Origin: Omnitrophica bacterium GWA2_41_15
Lineage (GTDB): Bacteria > Omnitrophota > Gorgyraeia > Ghiorseimicrobiales > Ghiorseimicrobiaceae
Direction: 5' to 3'
NCBI GenBank assembly: GCA_919902105.1
Contig: CAKKQO010000028.1
Location: 49,220 to 89,226, forward strand
DNA length: 40,007 nucleotides
The first letter of the stretch is position 1; every line of letters starts with the position of its first letter. Positions 9,747 to 18,782 of the stretch are shown piece after piece. Below the pieces are notes generated by a model. The model was not told where the DNA came from. It ran no database searches and saw nothing but the letters and a program-made list of their open reading frames with translations. Both the position numbers and the translations under genes were made by a program.

Positions 9747-11188
9747 GCTCCGCAGCACTTTTTCTCTAATGCGTTCTTTCTAACCTTTCCTTCGTATTTT
9801 AACGGATAAATACCCGTCCAACAGGCAGTGCAATAATTTTCCCGAAGAGCACTTACGCTTTTAAGCATGCCTTCTAAGCTTAGATAACCCAAGGTATCTA
9901 CCTGAAGATATTTTCTAATATTTTCCAGCGGCATGCGAACAGCGATTAGCTCCTTCTGGGTATGAAAATCTATGCCGTAATGGCAGGGAAATTTATGCGG
10001 CGGGCAGCTTATCCGAAAATGCACTTCTTTTGCCCCTAAGGCGCGAAATGCCTTAACGCGCTTGCGAGATGTGGTGCCGCGCACAATAGAATCATCTACA
10101 ATAACAATACGTTTGCCCTTAATCACATCGCGCAAGATATTAAACTTAACCCGCACACCCAAGTCGCGCACTTTTTGCGATGGCTGAATAAAAGTCCTGC
10201 CGACATAGTGATTGCGGATAATGCCCATTTCTATGGGTATACATGAGGCTTGTGAAAAACCGATTGCCGCCGAAGTGCCGGAATCAGGCACGGGAATTAC
10301 AAAATCCGCCTCTACCGGATGCTCCCGGGCAAGTTCTATGCCTAATTTCTTTCTTACCTGATAAACCGTATCGCCAAAGACAAAAGAATCCGGCCGCGCA
10401 AAATAAACATGTTCAAAAATGCAATAAGCATGCCGCTTTGCCTTGGGAAACGGCTTAAATGACTTTAATCCGCTTTTATTTATCACGACGATTTCACCGG
10501 GCTCTACCTCTCGCAGCAACTTTGCCCCGATTAAATCCAAAGCGCAGGTTTCTGAGGCAAGGCATAAACTTCTGCCTATTTTACCGAGAACAAGCGGCCT
10601 AAACCCTAAGGGGTCGCGCACCCCGATAAGCTTATCCTTAGTCATCATCACCAAGGCATAAGCGCCTTTAACTTTCTTAAGCGCATAGATTAATCTCTTA
10701 ATCACATCCGGATTATGAGAACGCGCCATAAGCTGGACAATAATTTCTGAATCCGCGGTAGTTTGAAACGTAGAGCCGCTATTTTCTAATCTGCGCCTTA
10801 ATTTTATTGTATTGATTAAATTACCGTTATGTCCGATGGCTAATGAACCTTTAAGATAATCTACCAATAACGGCTGGGCATTTTTTAGGACACTAGAGCC
10901 GGTAGTAGAATAGCGAAGATGGCCGATACTTATATACCCCGATAACTTCTTAATATTTTCTTCATTAAAAACATCCGACACCAAACCCACGCCTTTATGA
11001 ATAGAAAGGGTCTTTCCGTCGCTCGCCACTATGCCGCAGGCCTCTTCTCCTCTATGCTGGAGCGAATACAACCCTAAATAAGTAAGCCACGGCGCTTCAT
11101 AATTATCATAAATTCCAAATAAACCGCAATGCTCTCGTGGTTCGTGGTCCGTGGTTCGTAGTCCGTAGTTACAAATACCTTTTTGCAT
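9743..11188 (-). CDS. purF: Amidophosphoribosyltransferase (Fe-S type)
   Basis: EHCG Ntn cysteine, QHRGEE, GHLRYST, VDDSIVRGTT and C-terminal CTAC. Confidence 0.97.
   Translation of the reverse strand: MQKGICNYGLRTTDHEPREHCGLFGIYDNYEAPWLTYLGLYSLQHRGEEACGIVASDGKTLSIHKGVGLVSDVFNEENIKKLSGYISIGHLRYSTTGSSVLKNAQPLLVDYLKGSLAIGHNGNLINTIKLRRRLENSGSTFQTTADSEIIVQLMARSHNPDVIKRLIYALKKVKGAYALVMMTKDKLIGVRDPLGFRPLVLGKIGRSLCLASETCALDLIGAKLLREVEPGEIVVINKSGLKSFKPFPKAKRHAYCIFEHVYFARPDSFVFGDTVYQVRKKLGIELAREHPVEADFVIPVPDSGTSAAIGFSQASCIPIEMGIIRNHYVGRTFIQPSQKVRDLGVRVKFNILRDVIKGKRIVIVDDSIVRGTTSRKRVKAFRALGAKEVHFRISCPPHKFPCHYGIDFHTQKELIAVRMPLENIRKYLQVDTLGYLSLEGMLKSVSALRENYCTACWTGIYPLKYEGKVRKNALEKKCCGA
11135..11169. 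repeat. Heptamer tandem repeat (YCGTRGT)x5 encoding the PurF propeptide
   Basis: Read directly; same unit family as the purM repeat. Confidence 0.9.
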
Positions 11189-11987
11189 AATTTACTCCGT
11201 TACGAAAAATTACTAAACCATCGCCTTCTTTTTTCAAACCATCGCGCGTCCATCTGGGATGCTGGCTGCCTTGGATATGCCTTTCCGGATGCGGCATCAG
11301 CCCAAAAATCCTGCCCGTTTCATCGCAAATTCCGGCGATGTTATCTAGCGAACCATTAGGATTATCCGGATAACCGCCTAATTTTCCTTCTTTCTGGCAA
11401 TACTGAAAAACAATCTGGCCGTTTCTTCTTAATTTATCTAAAAGTGCTTTATCTTTCGTGACAAATTTTCCTTCCCCGTGCGCCACCGGTAAATAAATAA
11501 TCTCCGGCAGCCCTTTTGTCCATATACATTTCGTGCTTCGGGGTACCCGCGCGATAGCGTGGGTCGCGTGCTTCGTGCTTCGTAAATAAGTCCAGCGGTC
11601 TTCGAACTTGCCTGAATCATTGATAATAAGGCTGACTTCCTGCGGAAAATCTTCTTTCCCCGGTAAAATTCCCGCTTTTACTAAAATCTGGAATCCATTA
11701 CAAATACCGATGATCAGCTTTCCCGCCTCGATAAACTTTCTTAAATCATCACCTAACTTAAACCTTAGCTCGTTGGCCAGGATTTTTCCTGCCCCCACAT
11801 CATCGCCGTAAGAGAACCCCCCGGGCAGGGCTAAAATCTGATAGTCATCTAACCTTTCTTGCCCTCTTACAATTTCGTTTATGTGCACAAGAGAAGCTTC
11901 GGCTAAAGCTTTCTCAAAGGCAAACTTCGTCTCCTTATCGCAGTTTGTGCCGGCGCTGCGCAGGATGAGCACTTTCGGACTTGGCAT
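11169..11987 (-). CDS. purQ: FGAM synthase glutaminase subunit PurQ
   Basis: GTNCD, PGGFSYGD, GICNGFQ, AHGEG, NPNGS and MPHPER. Confidence 0.97.
   Translation of the reverse strand: MPSPKVLILRSAGTNCDKETKFAFEKALAEASLVHINEIVRGQERLDDYQILALPGGFSYGDDVGAGKILANELRFKLGDDLRKFIEAGKLIIGICNGFQILVKAGILPGKEDFPQEVSLIINDSGKFEDRWTYLRSTKHATHAIARVPRSTKCIWTKGLPEIIYLPVAHGEGKFVTKDKALLDKLRRNGQIVFQYCQKEGKLGGYPDNPNGSLDNIAGICDETGRIFGLMPHPERHIQGSQHPRWTRDGLKKEGDGLVIFRNGVNYAKRYL
11530..11585. repeat. TTCGTGC heptamer array interrupted by a 29-bp hairpin element (11538-11566), inside purQ
   Basis: TCGGGGTACCCGCGCGATAGCGTGGGTCG is flanked by TTCGTGC units; a second copy lies at 17148-17176. Confidence 0.85.
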
Positions 11988-12025
11988 TTTTTATCCTCTT
12001 GTTTACGGCGCGGATTATTATCTTC

Positions 12026-12054
12026 TTGACAAGTAATCATTATTGAGGTATACT
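12026..12054 (+). promoter_or_regulatory. sigma70-type promoter
   Basis: TTGACA (12026-31), 17-bp spacer, TATACT (12049-54); no ORF follows on the + strand. Confidence 0.85.
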
Positions 12055-12060
12055 TAAAAT

Positions 12061-12120
12061 GAATCACGATGAGAGGTTATCCAAAGGGTTCCGTCCCGCG
12101 GTAATACCTCTCTTTTTATT
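12061..12120 (+). ncRNA. Putative ~55-nt structured small RNA convergent with the NYN gene
   Basis: Starts directly after the promoter. Outer stem GAGAGG/CCTCTC, middle stem TTATC/GGTAA, apical GGG-TTCCGT-CCC, then a T-tract overlapping the NYN stop codon. Confidence 0.65.
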
Positions 12121-12613
12121 TATACTCCAACTTATCCTTCAAATCATTCATAAAAACCATATCGGAAGTGAATCCCCTCAAAAGCGATGAAAATTTATAT
12201 CGGTTTGGAATAATAAGCTTTTCTAATTTGTTCTGTTTTTCAAGATGATCGATTAGACAGTAGAAATCGCCGTCCCCGGTAACAATAATAGCTTTATCAT
12301 AATTCGCATACTCTATCATTGCATGAAGGACTAACTCAGCATCTATGTTGCCTTTTACTTTTCCGTCAGGTAAATGTAGCGTTGGTTTAAAGATAAGGAT
12401 ATATCCGTATTCTTGCAGCGAAGTATACAAACTCTCATTTGTAGGAAGGTAACCTATAAAAATAAACGCCTTACTAGCACAATATTTATCCTGCAAATAT
12501 CTTCTAAATCTCTTAAAATCAAGCACCCAACCTTGATCGCGAATAGCAAGGTTTAAATTCTGACTGTCAATAAAAGCATAGTTGTTTATTATCTGCTTGT
12601 TTTTAATTTGCAT
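12116..12613 (-). CDS. NYN-domain (LabA/DUF88, PIN-like) ribonuclease
   Basis: AFIDSQNL, KGNIDAEL and VTGDGDF acidic motifs are intact; likely start is the ATG at 12613. Confidence 0.92.
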   Translation of the reverse strand: MQIKNKQIINNYAFIDSQNLNLAIRDQGWVLDFKRFRRYLQDKYCASKAFIFIGYLPTNESLYTSLQEYGYILIFKPTLHLPDGKVKGNIDAELVLHAMIEYANYDKAIIVTGDGDFYCLIDHLEKQNKLEKLIIPNRYKFSSLLRGFTSDMVFMNDLKDKLEYK

Positions 12614-12700
12614 ATACTCGATATTTATTCTACTTTGTGGTACCTCTTTATGCGAATCAAATTTTCTACTATTAATTTTGGTCAAGATACTCGATATTTA
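12614..12700. repeat. 14-bp direct repeat ATACTCGATATTTA (12614-27, 12687-700)
   Basis: Exact match, 73 bp apart, immediately upstream of the NYN start. Confidence 0.7.
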
Positions 12701-12812
12701 AATATCTATTTAAAATATCTTTTACTGCCGCCGTTACAGCATACATATCGGATACACCATATAATTTTTAAAATCTTCTATGCTGATTTTAATTTGTAAT
12801 TTTTAAGACTTT

Positions 12813-13541
12813 TCATAACGATAACTCATGGCTTATATTGTGATAATTTAAAGATGCATCGTAATATTTCTCGATATCTGCATAATCAATAAATCGGCAC
12901 CTATCCGCAATATTCTTAAAAGCTGCTTTCGAAATCTCGCGCTCATATTTTGTCTTCCGTTGTAATGAAGCAACAAGGTTAAAATTTGTTCTAAAATCTT
13001 GTAATTCTGTAAATTTGACTAGCGAACCACGAAAATCCGTAGAGTCTTCAACTTCAAATAGTTTTTCAGGAAACCCTCGTAAATTAAACCATGCTACATC
13101 GCAAAATTTGATTGATTGAACTATCTTTTCGTATGTAAAATTCGGACATTCTTTGAAACTGGCAATATTGCCTAGTCCCTTATTCCTAAAAATTTTGCTT
13201 CTATCGGGCGTATATGTCTCAAATCCTTTCATGTTCCCAATTTCAATAATCATTCCCTGAATTTCGGTATGTTTATAACTGATCTTTTCCAATTGTGTTC
13301 TTGGTTCAACAATATGTGGCAGTTTTTCTAAGTATTCCGTCAACGCGTACACACCGAGACCGATACGTGTAAATCGCTTATCCCGTTGCACTCGCTCTTG
13401 TATAGTTTTAAGTGGGGTCAATCCAGTAAAAGGACGGTGCCTTTCAAATTCTTTATAAATCAATTGTAGTGGTGCATAGTAGTCGTTTTCTAGCATCACT
13501 TTCTCTATTGCCTCAGAAAATGTAATTTCGTTTCTTGTCAT
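12813..13541 (-). CDS. Winged-HTH (HARE-HTH-like) plus PD-(D/E)xK restriction-endonuclease-like protein
   Basis: N-terminal TFSEAIEKVM..GLTP..TI..GVYAL wHTH pattern; C-terminal H..IQG..DVAW..FEVE.ST nuclease-like core. Confidence 0.6.
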   Translation of the reverse strand: MTRNEITFSEAIEKVMLENDYYAPLQLIYKEFERHRPFTGLTPLKTIQERVQRDKRFTRIGLGVYALTEYLEKLPHIVEPRTQLEKISYKHTEIQGMIIEIGNMKGFETYTPDRSKIFRNKGLGNIASFKECPNFTYEKIVQSIKFCDVAWFNLRGFPEKLFEVEDSTDFRGSLVKFTELQDFRTNFNLVASLQRKTKYEREISKAAFKNIADRCRFIDYADIEKYYDASLNYHNISHELSL

Positions 13542-13726
13542 AATGAGACCCGGTAAAAATCCCACTTAATTCCTAAAATTACATCATTTTTATTTTCGGT
13601 ATCATAATGTTTAAGAAAACGCTTATTATCAAATACATCGTAACCATAAGTACCGCCACGACCATTAACAATATCAAATGTTTTTTGTAACAAGTACGTA
13701 TCGCCTAAGATCTTTATCGCTTTCAA
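13538..13726 (-). pseudogene. 3' fragment of a truncated gene, translationally coupled to the nuclease-like gene
   Basis: 62-codon open stretch with no convincing start or RBS. Its TGA overlaps the next ATG (ATGA). Confidence 0.4.
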
Positions 13727-13755
13727 TTTGTTTATAAGTCAAATGTTTAATGTCC

Positions 13756-14418
13756 TCACTTATTATTCTTAGAATAGAACTTTTTTATTGCCGCAACTAT
13801 TTCCTGCGGTGTATCCGCTAAAATAAATATATTTAAGTCTTTTCTCTCAATGCAATTTTTTCTTAAGGCCACTGTTTTAATCCAGTGCATTAGCCCCTGC
13901 CAATAATCACGGCCTGCTAAAATAATGGGAAATCTATCTATCCTCTTTGTCTGGACTAAAGTTAAAGATTCAAATAATTCATCAAATGTTCCGTATCCGC
14001 CGGGGAAGATTACAAAGGCCTTGGCGTATTTTACAAACATCACTTTACGCACGAAGAAATAGCGAAAATCAAGTAAGGTATCGATATACTTATTCGGCTT
14101 CTGCTCTGTTGGAATCTGTATATTTAAACCGATAGACTGCCCGCCTGCTTTTTTCGCGCCCTTATTCCCTGCCTCCATTATCCCCGGACCGCCCCCGGTA
14201 ATTACAGCATATCCTTCTTTAGCCAATAAATAAGCAGTCTCTTCAGCGAAGTGGTAATATTTATCGCGCCTATTAAGCCGCGAGGAACCGAATAGAGAAA
14301 CTGCCTTACCTACTTTAGACAAAACCTCAAATCCATCTACGAATTCTCCCATAATACGGAAAATCCGCCACGGGTCTTCAGAAGTAAAGTCAACCGGATT
14401 ATTTTTTTCTTCTCTCAT
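13756..14418 (-). CDS. LOG family nucleotide phosphoribohydrolase (TIGR00730)
   Basis: TGGGPGIMEA, RYFFVRK and PGGYGTFDE. Confidence 0.93.
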   Translation of the reverse strand: MREEKNNPVDFTSEDPWRIFRIMGEFVDGFEVLSKVGKAVSLFGSSRLNRRDKYYHFAEETAYLLAKEGYAVITGGGPGIMEAGNKGAKKAGGQSIGLNIQIPTEQKPNKYIDTLLDFRYFFVRKVMFVKYAKAFVIFPGGYGTFDELFESLTLVQTKRIDRFPIILAGRDYWQGLMHWIKTVALRKNCIERKDLNIFILADTPQEIVAAIKKFYSKNNK

Positions 14419-17406
14419 CTACCACCTCAGGGGCTTCTGCCATGCTTCTTTTAATTTGCTGATATCGCTTTTAATAATTGCCTTGCCATCTAATCCATAA
14501 ACCCGAAAATCTTTTTTCTCTGATACGCATCCAATTAGACCTATAGGAATACCCTTCATTGCCTTCTCAAATGCCCCCTGAGCCTTCTTCTCTGTCTCTA
14601 CCACAAATCTAGTGTTTGATTCTGAAAACAAAATTACATCATCTCTAATCTTTTTATTTTTTTTACTTTGACTCTTTGACTCTTTGACTCTTTGACTCTC
14701 TTTATACGGCACTTCGCTCAAAAATACCTCCGCGCCAAGACCACCGGCAAAGCACATCTCGGAAATTGCAACTGCCAAACCGCCTTCAGAACAATCATGG
14801 GCTGAACGTACCAAACCTTTAGCCGTCGCGGAACTTAATTTTTCCATTACGGTTTTTGCCATCTTTCTATCCACCTGCGGCACATTCGCCCCTATCTGAT
14901 TATGCAGTTTATAATAAACAGAACCACCTAATTCGTCTTTGGTAACGCCAGCGATATAAATTAAATTTCCCGCACGCTTAAAATCCATGGAGATAGTTTT
15001 AGTTATATCCTCCATTACCGAGATAGCGGAGATTAAAAGCGTTCCGGGAATAGGGATACTTTTACCTTTTACATTGTATTCATTATATAAACTGTCTTTA
15101 CCGGAGATAAAAGGAACAGCGAAATATTTAGCAAAGTCATAGCAGGCATAAGCCGCCTCGACCAGCGTTCCCAGCCTATCCGGCTTATCCGGGTTTCCCC
15201 AGCAGAAATTATCTAAGATTGCGGTTTGTTTTAGATTTCCTCCAACGCAAACTATCTGCCTTAACGCTTCATCGATAACTGATGCCGCCATCCAATAGGC
15301 AGATATTTCTCCATAACGGGGATTTATACCGCAGGAAACAATCAGCCCCTTTTTCGAAGATAAAATCGGCCGCACAACTGAGGCATCCGATGGCCCGTCA
15401 TTATTTACCCCCACAAGCGGCTTTAATACCGAAGCACCCTGCACCTCATGGTCATATTGGCGGATTACCCATTCTTTGCTGGCGACATTATAATCGGATA
15501 AAATCCTACATAAATCCGGCGTGTAATCTTTTTTCTCCTCTATGCGCGGCTCTCTTAAATTACGCTTTAAGCCTACAGCCTTTTTCTCCGACAGAGGCAC
15601 GCCGTCGTGTAAAAAATCCATCTCTAATTCGCCCACTAAATTATCCTGATAGAAAAGCCGCAGCATCTTATCTTGCCCGAATTCCCCTATTACTGTTGCT
15701 TCAACATCTTCGGAATCAAAAACATTAAGCAGTCTATCGATATTATCACCAGATGCAGCTAAAACCATCCTTTCTTGCGCCTCAGAAATCCAGATTTCGT
15801 CATAGCGTAAGCCTTTATACTTTAATGGTACTTTATCTAAATAAACCACAGCACCCAGTTCCCTACCCATCTCGCCCACAGCGCTGGATAATCCCCCTGC
15901 TCCGCAGTCAGTGATGGCATTATATAAATTTTCATCGCGCGCTTTTAGCAAGACATCGAGCAATTTCTTTTCAGTAATGGGATTGCCTATCTGCACGGCT
16001 GAGCCAGAAACCTCCTCGGATTTATGCGTTAACTCCCCAGACGAAAAAGTCGCACCGTGGACACCGTCCCTTCCGGTCCGGCCGCCCAACAGAACAATTA
16101 AGTCTCCGCTATTAACTAATTTAGACGCTTTGCCTTTAGGAATTAGTCCGGCCGTCCCGCAATAAACTAAAGGATTGCCGACGTATCCTTCATCAAAGAG
16201 AACTGCGCCGTTTATGGTAGGTATGCCCATTTTATTGCCATAGTCGCGCACACCGCTGACTACACCTTTGGCAATTCTTTTAGGATGAAGTGTCCCGGCA
16301 GGCAGCCTCCCCGCAGAATAATCCGGCGGGCCAAAACAGAATATATCGGTATTAAAAATCGGTCTTGCCCCCAACCCTGTGCCTAAAGGGTCCCTGATTA
16401 CGCCGCCGATCCCGGTATTTGCACCGCCAAAAGGCTCAAGCGCCGAGGGATGATTATGCGTCTCGACTTTAAAACAAACATCGTAATCTTTATCAAACTT
16501 AATTACTCCGGCGTTATCAGAAAATACCGAAACACACCAAGGTTTATTTAATTCCTTTGTCGCCTTCATTATCGTTGATTTAAGTAAGTTATTTATTATT
16601 TTTGGTTTTGGGTTTTTAATTCTGGATTTGTTTCGGATTTCGGATTTCGGATTTCGGATTTCTCCTTTATATTCTATCTTTCCCCTAAAGGTCTTATGCA
16701 CACAATGTTCTGACCATGTCTGGGCAAATGTCTCTAATTCTACATCCGTAGGGTTTCTTTTTAGGCGGGTAAAATATTTTTTTATCGCGCGCATCTCGCT
16801 AACGTTTAAAAATAACTGCCCGTCCCGGCTGATTTTTTGTAATTTTTTATCTGATGCGCCCAATAAATCTATAGAGACTAAGTTAAATTTATAGTCAATA
16901 TCGCGTAAGCCTAACTCTTCTTGCGCGCTGGTGACTGCATGCTGGATTACTTTATTTACTAACAACTTATTGCAGACGGTCCTAATTTGAAGATTAGTGA
17001 GTTTTCCGCGGATGATATATTTTTTTGCGGTGTGGATAGTTCGTACGCCGGAAATCCCCAGATCCGAAATCGCCTTTTTTACTGAATCCTCAACCGGGTC
17101 CATTACTCCCGGATTATAAGCGACTTCAATAAAAAAGGCGTTGTGCGTCGGGGTACCCATGCACAAGCATGGGTCGTCGGCGTTCTGCGCATTAATACTG
17201 TATTCCTGGGAAATTTTATCAGCCAATAATTCTTCGCAGATACGCTTAATTTCTGCTTCGCCTAAATCACCCTCAATAGAGTATGCTTGGATAAAATTAA
17301 CTTTCGAGACAGTATTTATCCCTAAATCGAAGATATCTTTTTTGATACCTTCGCCAACAGCATCAAAGATGCCGTACTTTTCTTTTACCTCAATGTGCCA
17401 AAACAT
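14419..17406 (-). CDS. purL: FGAM synthase PurL with N-terminal PurS-like domains
   Basis: QTWSEHC.HK, KVETHNHPS, GRDGVHGA, DCGAGG, SEAQERM, SGKDSLYN and HDCSEGG; ~170-aa double PurS-like N-terminus. Confidence 0.96.
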   Translation of the reverse strand: MFWHIEVKEKYGIFDAVGEGIKKDIFDLGINTVSKVNFIQAYSIEGDLGEAEIKRICEELLADKISQEYSINAQNADDPCLCMGTPTHNAFFIEVAYNPGVMDPVEDSVKKAISDLGISGVRTIHTAKKYIIRGKLTNLQIRTVCNKLLVNKVIQHAVTSAQEELGLRDIDYKFNLVSIDLLGASDKKLQKISRDGQLFLNVSEMRAIKKYFTRLKRNPTDVELETFAQTWSEHCVHKTFRGKIEYKGEIRNPKSEIRNKSRIKNPKPKIINNLLKSTIMKATKELNKPWCVSVFSDNAGVIKFDKDYDVCFKVETHNHPSALEPFGGANTGIGGVIRDPLGTGLGARPIFNTDIFCFGPPDYSAGRLPAGTLHPKRIAKGVVSGVRDYGNKMGIPTINGAVLFDEGYVGNPLVYCGTAGLIPKGKASKLVNSGDLIVLLGGRTGRDGVHGATFSSGELTHKSEEVSGSAVQIGNPITEKKLLDVLLKARDENLYNAITDCGAGGLSSAVGEMGRELGAVVYLDKVPLKYKGLRYDEIWISEAQERMVLAASGDNIDRLLNVFDSEDVEATVIGEFGQDKMLRLFYQDNLVGELEMDFLHDGVPLSEKKAVGLKRNLREPRIEEKKDYTPDLCRILSDYNVASKEWVIRQYDHEVQGASVLKPLVGVNNDGPSDASVVRPILSSKKGLIVSCGINPRYGEISAYWMAASVIDEALRQIVCVGGNLKQTAILDNFCWGNPDKPDRLGTLVEAAYACYDFAKYFAVPFISGKDSLYNEYNVKGKSIPIPGTLLISAISVMEDITKTISMDFKRAGNLIYIAGVTKDELGGSVYYKLHNQIGANVPQVDRKMAKTVMEKLSSATAKGLVRSAHDCSEGGLAVAISEMCFAGGLGAEVFLSEVPYKESQRVKESKSQSKKNKKIRDDVILFSESNTRFVVETEKKAQGAFEKAMKGIPIGLIGCVSEKKDFRVYGLDGKAIIKSDISKLKEAWQKPLRW
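14666..14697. repeat. Octamer tandem repeat (CTTTGACT)x4 inside purL
   Basis: Read directly; translated as ESQRVKESKSQS. Confidence 0.92.
16600..16662. repeat. Heptamer tandem repeat (TTTCGGA)x4 plus degenerate units inside purL
   Basis: Read directly; translated as EIRNPKSEIRNKSRIKNPKPK. Confidence 0.9.
17148..17176. repeat. 29-bp hairpin element, copy 2, inside purL
   Basis: TCGGGGTACCCATGCACAAGCATGGGTCG matches 11538-11566 at 23 of 29 positions. Confidence 0.85.
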
Positions 17407-17436
17407 ATTTTAGGCAGGACTAACTTTAAGAGTGGT

Positions 17437-18729
17437 TTAAATTCCTATACGTTTAAAAATATTGTTGATATTGCGCAGGTAATAATCAAGGCTGAAGCAG
17501 TCCTTAATTTCATTTTCGCTTAAGACTTTTCTTAAGGCGGCGTCTTTTAAAAGATTAGCCTGAAAATTCGTGCCTTTATTCCATGTCGCAAGAGCGTTTC
17601 TCTGCACGAGTTCGTAGGCAGACATCCGTTTTAATCCTTTTTGCATTAATTTAGTTAAAACGGCTTGCGAGAAAATCAGGCCGCCGGTTTTGACTAAATT
17701 CTTTAGCATATTTTCCGGATAAACCACCAAACCCTCAACTACCTCGGTCATCTTTTGCAGCATATAATCCAAGAGGATTGAGGAATCCGGAAGAATAATC
17801 CGCTCAACCGACGAATGGCTGATGTCGCGTTCATGCCAGAGGGCAATATTTTCTAAGCCGGCCATGGCATTGGCACGCAATATACGGGAAAGGCCGCAAA
17901 TGCGCTCGCAGATTACCGGGTTTCGCTTATGCGGCATCGCTGAGGAACCCTTCTGACCCTTAGCAAACGGCTCTTCTGCTTCAAGAACTTCCGTGCGTTG
18001 TAAATTTCGAACTTCTAAGGCAAATCTTTCTAAGCTAGATCCCACAATAGCTAAGCGCGCCATATACACGGCATGGCGGTCGCGGGGAATAATTTGCGTG
18101 GAAACCGGCTCAACTTCAAGGCCCAATTTTACAGCAATATATTTTTCTATAAATGGGTCAATATTGGAATATGTCCCCACGGCGCCGGAGATTTTTGCAA
18201 AAGATATATACTCTTTTGCTTGCTTAAGCAACTGCTGTGCGCGCAAAACTTCCGAATACCAAGAGGCGAGCTTCAACCCAAAGGTAGTCGGTTCAGCATG
18301 CACGCCATGGGTCCTGCCGATACAGACCGTATTTTTGTATTTTTTGGCTTTATTGCGGATTGCTTGGGTAAGCTTATTTAGATCAGAAAGTAAAATATCT
18401 GCCGCTTCTTTACATTGAAGAGCTAAAGTAGTATCCAAGATATCCGAAGATGTAAGGCCGAGATGAAAATATCGGGCATCCTTACCTATATACTTTGATA
18501 CTTCAGCGATAAAGGCAACTATATCATGCTGGGTTTTTTTCTCTACTTTCTTGATATTAGAAAGGTTAAATTTTGCCTTCTTTCGAATGCGCTTTACCGC
18601 GCTTTGTGGGATATTGCCTAATTTTGCCTGCGCTTGGACCGCAAGTATTTCAATCTCAAGGAGCTTAGTAAACTTATTCTCCTCTGACCAGACGTGTGAA
18701 ATTTCAGGCAGGCTATAGCGCTCAATCAT
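17437..18729 (-). CDS. purB: Adenylosuccinate lyase
   Basis: MIERYS, H.GLTSSD, GRTHGVHAEP and GSSAMPHKRNP. Confidence 0.98.
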   Translation of the reverse strand: MIERYSLPEISHVWSEENKFTKLLEIEILAVQAQAKLGNIPQSAVKRIRKKAKFNLSNIKKVEKKTQHDIVAFIAEVSKYIGKDARYFHLGLTSSDILDTTLALQCKEAADILLSDLNKLTQAIRNKAKKYKNTVCIGRTHGVHAEPTTFGLKLASWYSEVLRAQQLLKQAKEYISFAKISGAVGTYSNIDPFIEKYIAVKLGLEVEPVSTQIIPRDRHAVYMARLAIVGSSLERFALEVRNLQRTEVLEAEEPFAKGQKGSSAMPHKRNPVICERICGLSRILRANAMAGLENIALWHERDISHSSVERIILPDSSILLDYMLQKMTEVVEGLVVYPENMLKNLVKTGGLIFSQAVLTKLMQKGLKRMSAYELVQRNALATWNKGTNFQANLLKDAALRKVLSENEIKDCFSLDYYLRNINNIFKRIGI

Positions 18730-18782
18730 TGTAACTCCTCTAGTAGTAAAAAAGGTGAAATAACACTATATACAGCCTTATA

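Noticed and set aside
12705-12816. IS200 transposase remnant (IIWCIRY resembling HIVWxPKY)
   Set aside because: The similarity is too short, there is no HUH motif, and the stretch is interrupted by stops.
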